A stretch of DNA of 64,000 nt from Elusimicrobiota bacterium. GTDB lineage: Bacteria; Elusimicrobiota; Elusimicrobia; UBA1565; UBA9628. The position numbers and the translations under genes were made by a program. Shown in pieces: positions 61,724-64,000 of this stretch (position 1 is the first letter of the stretch; each line of letters starts with the position of its first letter). The notes under the pieces are model-generated. The model made no database searches, was not told the DNA's origin, and saw only the letters and a program-made list of their open reading frames with translations. Where the stretch lies: contig JACRNU010000054.1 of the NCBI GenBank assembly GCA_016234805.1, forward strand, positions 24,329 to 88,328, read 5' to 3'.

Positions 61724-63412
61724 CTAGTCGCCGACGATCGTAGGCGTGATGAAGATGACCAGGTCGGAGTTCTTCCTGCGGGTGCTGCTCGAGGTGAACA
61801 GCCACCCGATGAGAGGGATGTAGCCGAGGAACGGGACCTTGCGTACCACCTTGTTCTCGGTGGATTGCAGAAGTCCGCCGAGCACCAGGGTCTGCCCGTT
61901 CTTGACCCGGACCAGGGTGGAGGCCCCCCTGGTGATCGGGTCGAAGATGCGCTTGGCCGAGGAGGAGATGGCGGACTCCTGAGCGTCCGTGAAGGAGGGT
62001 TGGACGAGCATGGTGATGTAGCCCTCCTTGTTGATCTGGGGAGTGACCTTCAGGATAAGCCCGGTCGTGACGCGCTCCACCGTGACGGAGGCCGTGCCCA
62101 GGCCGGAGCCCGAGGACGCGCTCTGCTGTTGGGTGGCCACGGCCGCGTTCCGAGCAATCTGGATGATGGCCGGCTTGTTGTTGAGGGTGAGCACCTTGGG
62201 CTTGCCGAGGAAGCGTGCCTCGGAACGGCTGACCAGGGCCCTAAGCACGACCTTGAGCATGGTGAGGTCGAAGATGCCGTTGGTCAGGGCTCCAGTGCCC
62301 GGGACCGTGACCGGGAAGGGAGAGGAGGTCTCAGCGGCGGCTTGGGACGTCCCTGTGGCTTCGCCATCGGCTCTCGCGACGCTCCCGGTGGTGAACGGGT
62401 CGAAGAAATGCGTGTTGCCCATCTTATTTGGGAGGTTGAGAGGGAACGAGACGTCGCGCTTTCCCGCGGTGAAGCTCGCGAGCTCGCCTCCCGCGCCGCC
62501 CCACTCGAAGCCCAGCTCCCGGGCGCGGTCCGAGTTGATCTCCACGATCTGCGCCTCGATCATGACCTGCGGGGTCTTCTTGTCGAGCTCGGCGATGATC
62601 TGCTCGACCTGGGGGAAGGACTCCGGGATGTCCGTGACGATGATCGAGTTGGTCCGAGGCTCGATCGCGATCGAGCCATTGGTCTTGCTGAGCACGCTCT
62701 GGATGACCTTGACGATCGCGACCTCTCCCCCGCCGCCGGTCGAGCCTCCGCCCGCAAGACTGGCGACGCTCGACACCGGCGTGATGGAGGCTTGCTCGGA
62801 CTCGGCGCTGCCCAGGGCGATGAGAGGGACATAGGCCAGGGTGTAGATGCGGGTGATCACGGGCTCGGCGGCCTTGGAGCGCGGGGCGATGACGAAGGTG
62901 TTGCTCTTGCCGATCTGCTGGTAGGTCAGGCCCTTGATCTCGAGCAGGATCTGCAGGGCCTCGCGCACGGTGACGTTCTGCAGGAAGGCCGTGATCTGCT
63001 TGGTCTCCAGCCCTTCGGTGATGATGAAGTTGACCTTGGACTGGGCGGAGATGGTGTCGAGGAAGGTCGCCAAAGGCGCCCCTTTCACGCGGACCGTGAC
63101 GCGCGTCTCGAGCGGATTGAGCGGCGAGGCCGGGGCGGCCTTCGACGGCGCGGCCGCTCCGATCTGGATGCCGCCGACCGCGGGACGGGCGACGGCTTCG
63201 GGCTCGGCGCCCGGCGGCGGTCCCTCGTCGGTGGGGACGCCCAGGGGGCCGGCCTCCGACGCCGGGGAAGCCTGCGTCCCCTTGAACTCGGGGTTGGCCA
63301 CGGGCTCCTCGCGCCGCCTCTGCGCGAACCCCGGGCCGGCCGAGGAAAGGATGATCTGGACAGCGATGGTGATCGCGCTGATGCGTTTCGCGATGCTCTT
63401 GATTGTCATCAT
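61724..63412 (-). CDS. gspD: Secretin (GspD/PilQ family outer-membrane channel)
   Basis: Signal peptide MMTIKSIAKRISAITIAVQII, N-domains and the C-terminal secretin domain (...VRVKNGQTLVLGGLLQSTENKVVRKVPFLGYIPLIGWLF...VIFITPTIV). The start was taken at the ATG at 63412. Confidence 0.85.
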   Translation of the reverse strand: MMTIKSIAKRISAITIAVQIILSSAGPGFAQRRREEPVANPEFKGTQASPASEAGPLGVPTDEGPPPGAEPEAVARPAVGGIQIGAAAPSKAAPASPLNPLETRVTVRVKGAPLATFLDTISAQSKVNFIITEGLETKQITAFLQNVTVREALQILLEIKGLTYQQIGKSNTFVIAPRSKAAEPVITRIYTLAYVPLIALGSAESEQASITPVSSVASLAGGGSTGGGGEVAIVKVIQSVLSKTNGSIAIEPRTNSIIVTDIPESFPQVEQIIAELDKKTPQVMIEAQIVEINSDRARELGFEWGGAGGELASFTAGKRDVSFPLNLPNKMGNTHFFDPFTTGSVARADGEATGTSQAAAETSSPFPVTVPGTGALTNGIFDLTMLKVVLRALVSRSEARFLGKPKVLTLNNKPAIIQIARNAAVATQQQSASSGSGLGTASVTVERVTTGLILKVTPQINKEGYITMLVQPSFTDAQESAISSSAKRIFDPITRGASTLVRVKNGQTLVLGGLLQSTENKVVRKVPFLGYIPLIGWLFTSSSTRRKNSDLVIFITPTIVGD

Positions 63413-63438
63413 GATGTCTCCCTTGGTGCCGCCGTCCG

Positions 63439-63990
63439 TCACTGCATGCGCTTCAAGAATGCCTTGCCCTTGTGCGTGAAAGTCACTCCTGTCTGGGAGA
63501 TCTTCAGGACCTTGATCCCCGAGTTCCCGATCCACTCGCCTTCGCTGTACATGTCGTTGTTGATGATGGCTTTGTTGCCTTCCGGCGTGGTCACGATGCC
63601 CTGCAGGCTGAGGGTCTGCTCGACGGGCTTGTCTCGCTGGACCTTGGCCCGGAGCGCCTGCTCTTCGACCTCTTTGCGTTTGATGAGCTTCTCGAGCTCC
63701 TCCTGTTCGAGGAGGAACTGGTCGTAGGGGGAAAGCAGGGGATCGCGCCAATCCACGGCCACGAGGTCCGCGGTGCTCACCGCGATTTCCGGGGCCTGCG
63801 GCGGGGCCGGCGTCGCCAGGGACGCGGTCGAGGCCGGAGGCCGAGCGTCCCCGCCGCCCTCAGGCATGGCGTTGGCGGACGGGGGCGCGGGGGTCACGGC
63901 GCCGGAGGCGTCGACCGGGGCCGGGTCGGACGGGGCGGCCGCGTCCACCACGGCGGCCGCTGTCTGGGAGGCGGTCTCCGTGCTGACCAC
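63439..63990 (-). CDS. Ala/Pro-rich protein with a PilP/GspC-like C-terminal beta domain; possibly 5'-truncated by the window edge
   Basis: The C-terminal ~70 aa (LQGIVTTPEGNKAIINNDMYSEGEWIGNSGIKVLKISQTGVTFTHKGKAF) resemble secretin-binding pilot domains. The listed ORF reaches to within 10 nt of the window end. Confidence 0.35.
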   Translation of the reverse strand: MVSTETASQTAAAVVDAAAPSDPAPVDASGAVTPAPPSANAMPEGGGDARPPASTASLATPAPPQAPEIAVSTADLVAVDWRDPLLSPYDQFLLEQEELEKLIKRKEVEEQALRAKVQRDKPVEQTLSLQGIVTTPEGNKAIINNDMYSEGEWIGNSGIKVLKISQTGVTFTHKGKAFLKRMQ

Positions 63991-64000
63991 GGCGCCGGAT

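Overview
This is a high-GC (~68%) bacterial chromosomal segment of a Gram-negative, LPS-making lineage; I cannot tell which phylum from sequence alone. No rRNA, tRNA, CRISPR array, transposase or integrase was seen.

Gene content in order:
- Start of window: H+-pyrophosphatase, then yajC-secD-secF, a DUF374::Kdo-transferase (WaaA) fusion and a PEBP/YbhB-like protein.
- Two paralogous TMTC-like GT-C/TPR membrane proteins; a third paralog sits at ~51.7 kb.
- A long co-directional LPS core / Kdo / lipid A block (~11.8-29.0 kb): GT9 heptosyltransferases, two GT4 and one GT2 glycosyltransferases, a polysaccharide deacetylase, lpxK, DUF3108, the hldE kinase domain, kdsB, pyrG, kdsA and lptC-lptA-lptB. 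An MFS transporter (13563-15221, minus strand) lies inside it.
- A CheY-like receiver gene and a secreted HExxH metalloprotease.
- A small pseudopilin cluster with a Cys-rich secreted protein, flanked by 22-bp direct repeats.
- A long minus-strand operon: gamma-carbonic anhydrase, histidine kinase, receiver, EndoIII-like glycosylase, neutral-ceramidase-like protein, TPR protein. nadB follows on the other strand.
- A lower-GC islet (~41.2-43.4 kb): a Pol-beta nucleotidyltransferase, a ParA-like pseudo-ATPase fused to a GspE-N1/MshEN-like domain, a HigB/HigA-type toxin-antitoxin pair and an XRE regulator. uvrA follows.
- An MA-type peptidase, hopanoid side-chain genes (hpnJ, hpnI, an hpnL-like flippase, later an hpnK-like deacetylase), an OmpR-type two-component system.
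- A T2SS/type-IV-pilus-like operon to the window end: secretin, GspE, GspF, major pilin, three minor pseudopilins.

Three families of non-coding or repeat elements stand out:
- A ~57-bp structured repeat in at least 8 loci, several in-frame inside or at the ends of genes, including a 4-copy tandem array that forms the 5' end of a pseudopilin gene.
- A conserved micro-ORF plus CCTCCCC/GGGGAGG hairpin cassette, coupled by overlapping stop/start codons to the upstream gene in all three copies and by ATGA to the downstream gene in two (5-nt gap at the third), before secD, pyrG and an lptC-proximal gene.
- Perfect extended -10 boxes (TGATATAAT) placed to give leaderless or near-leaderless mRNAs.

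Coordinates I derived by counting codons should be treated as +/-3 nt. The many long ORFs antisense to recognisable genes are treated as GC-driven artefacts.
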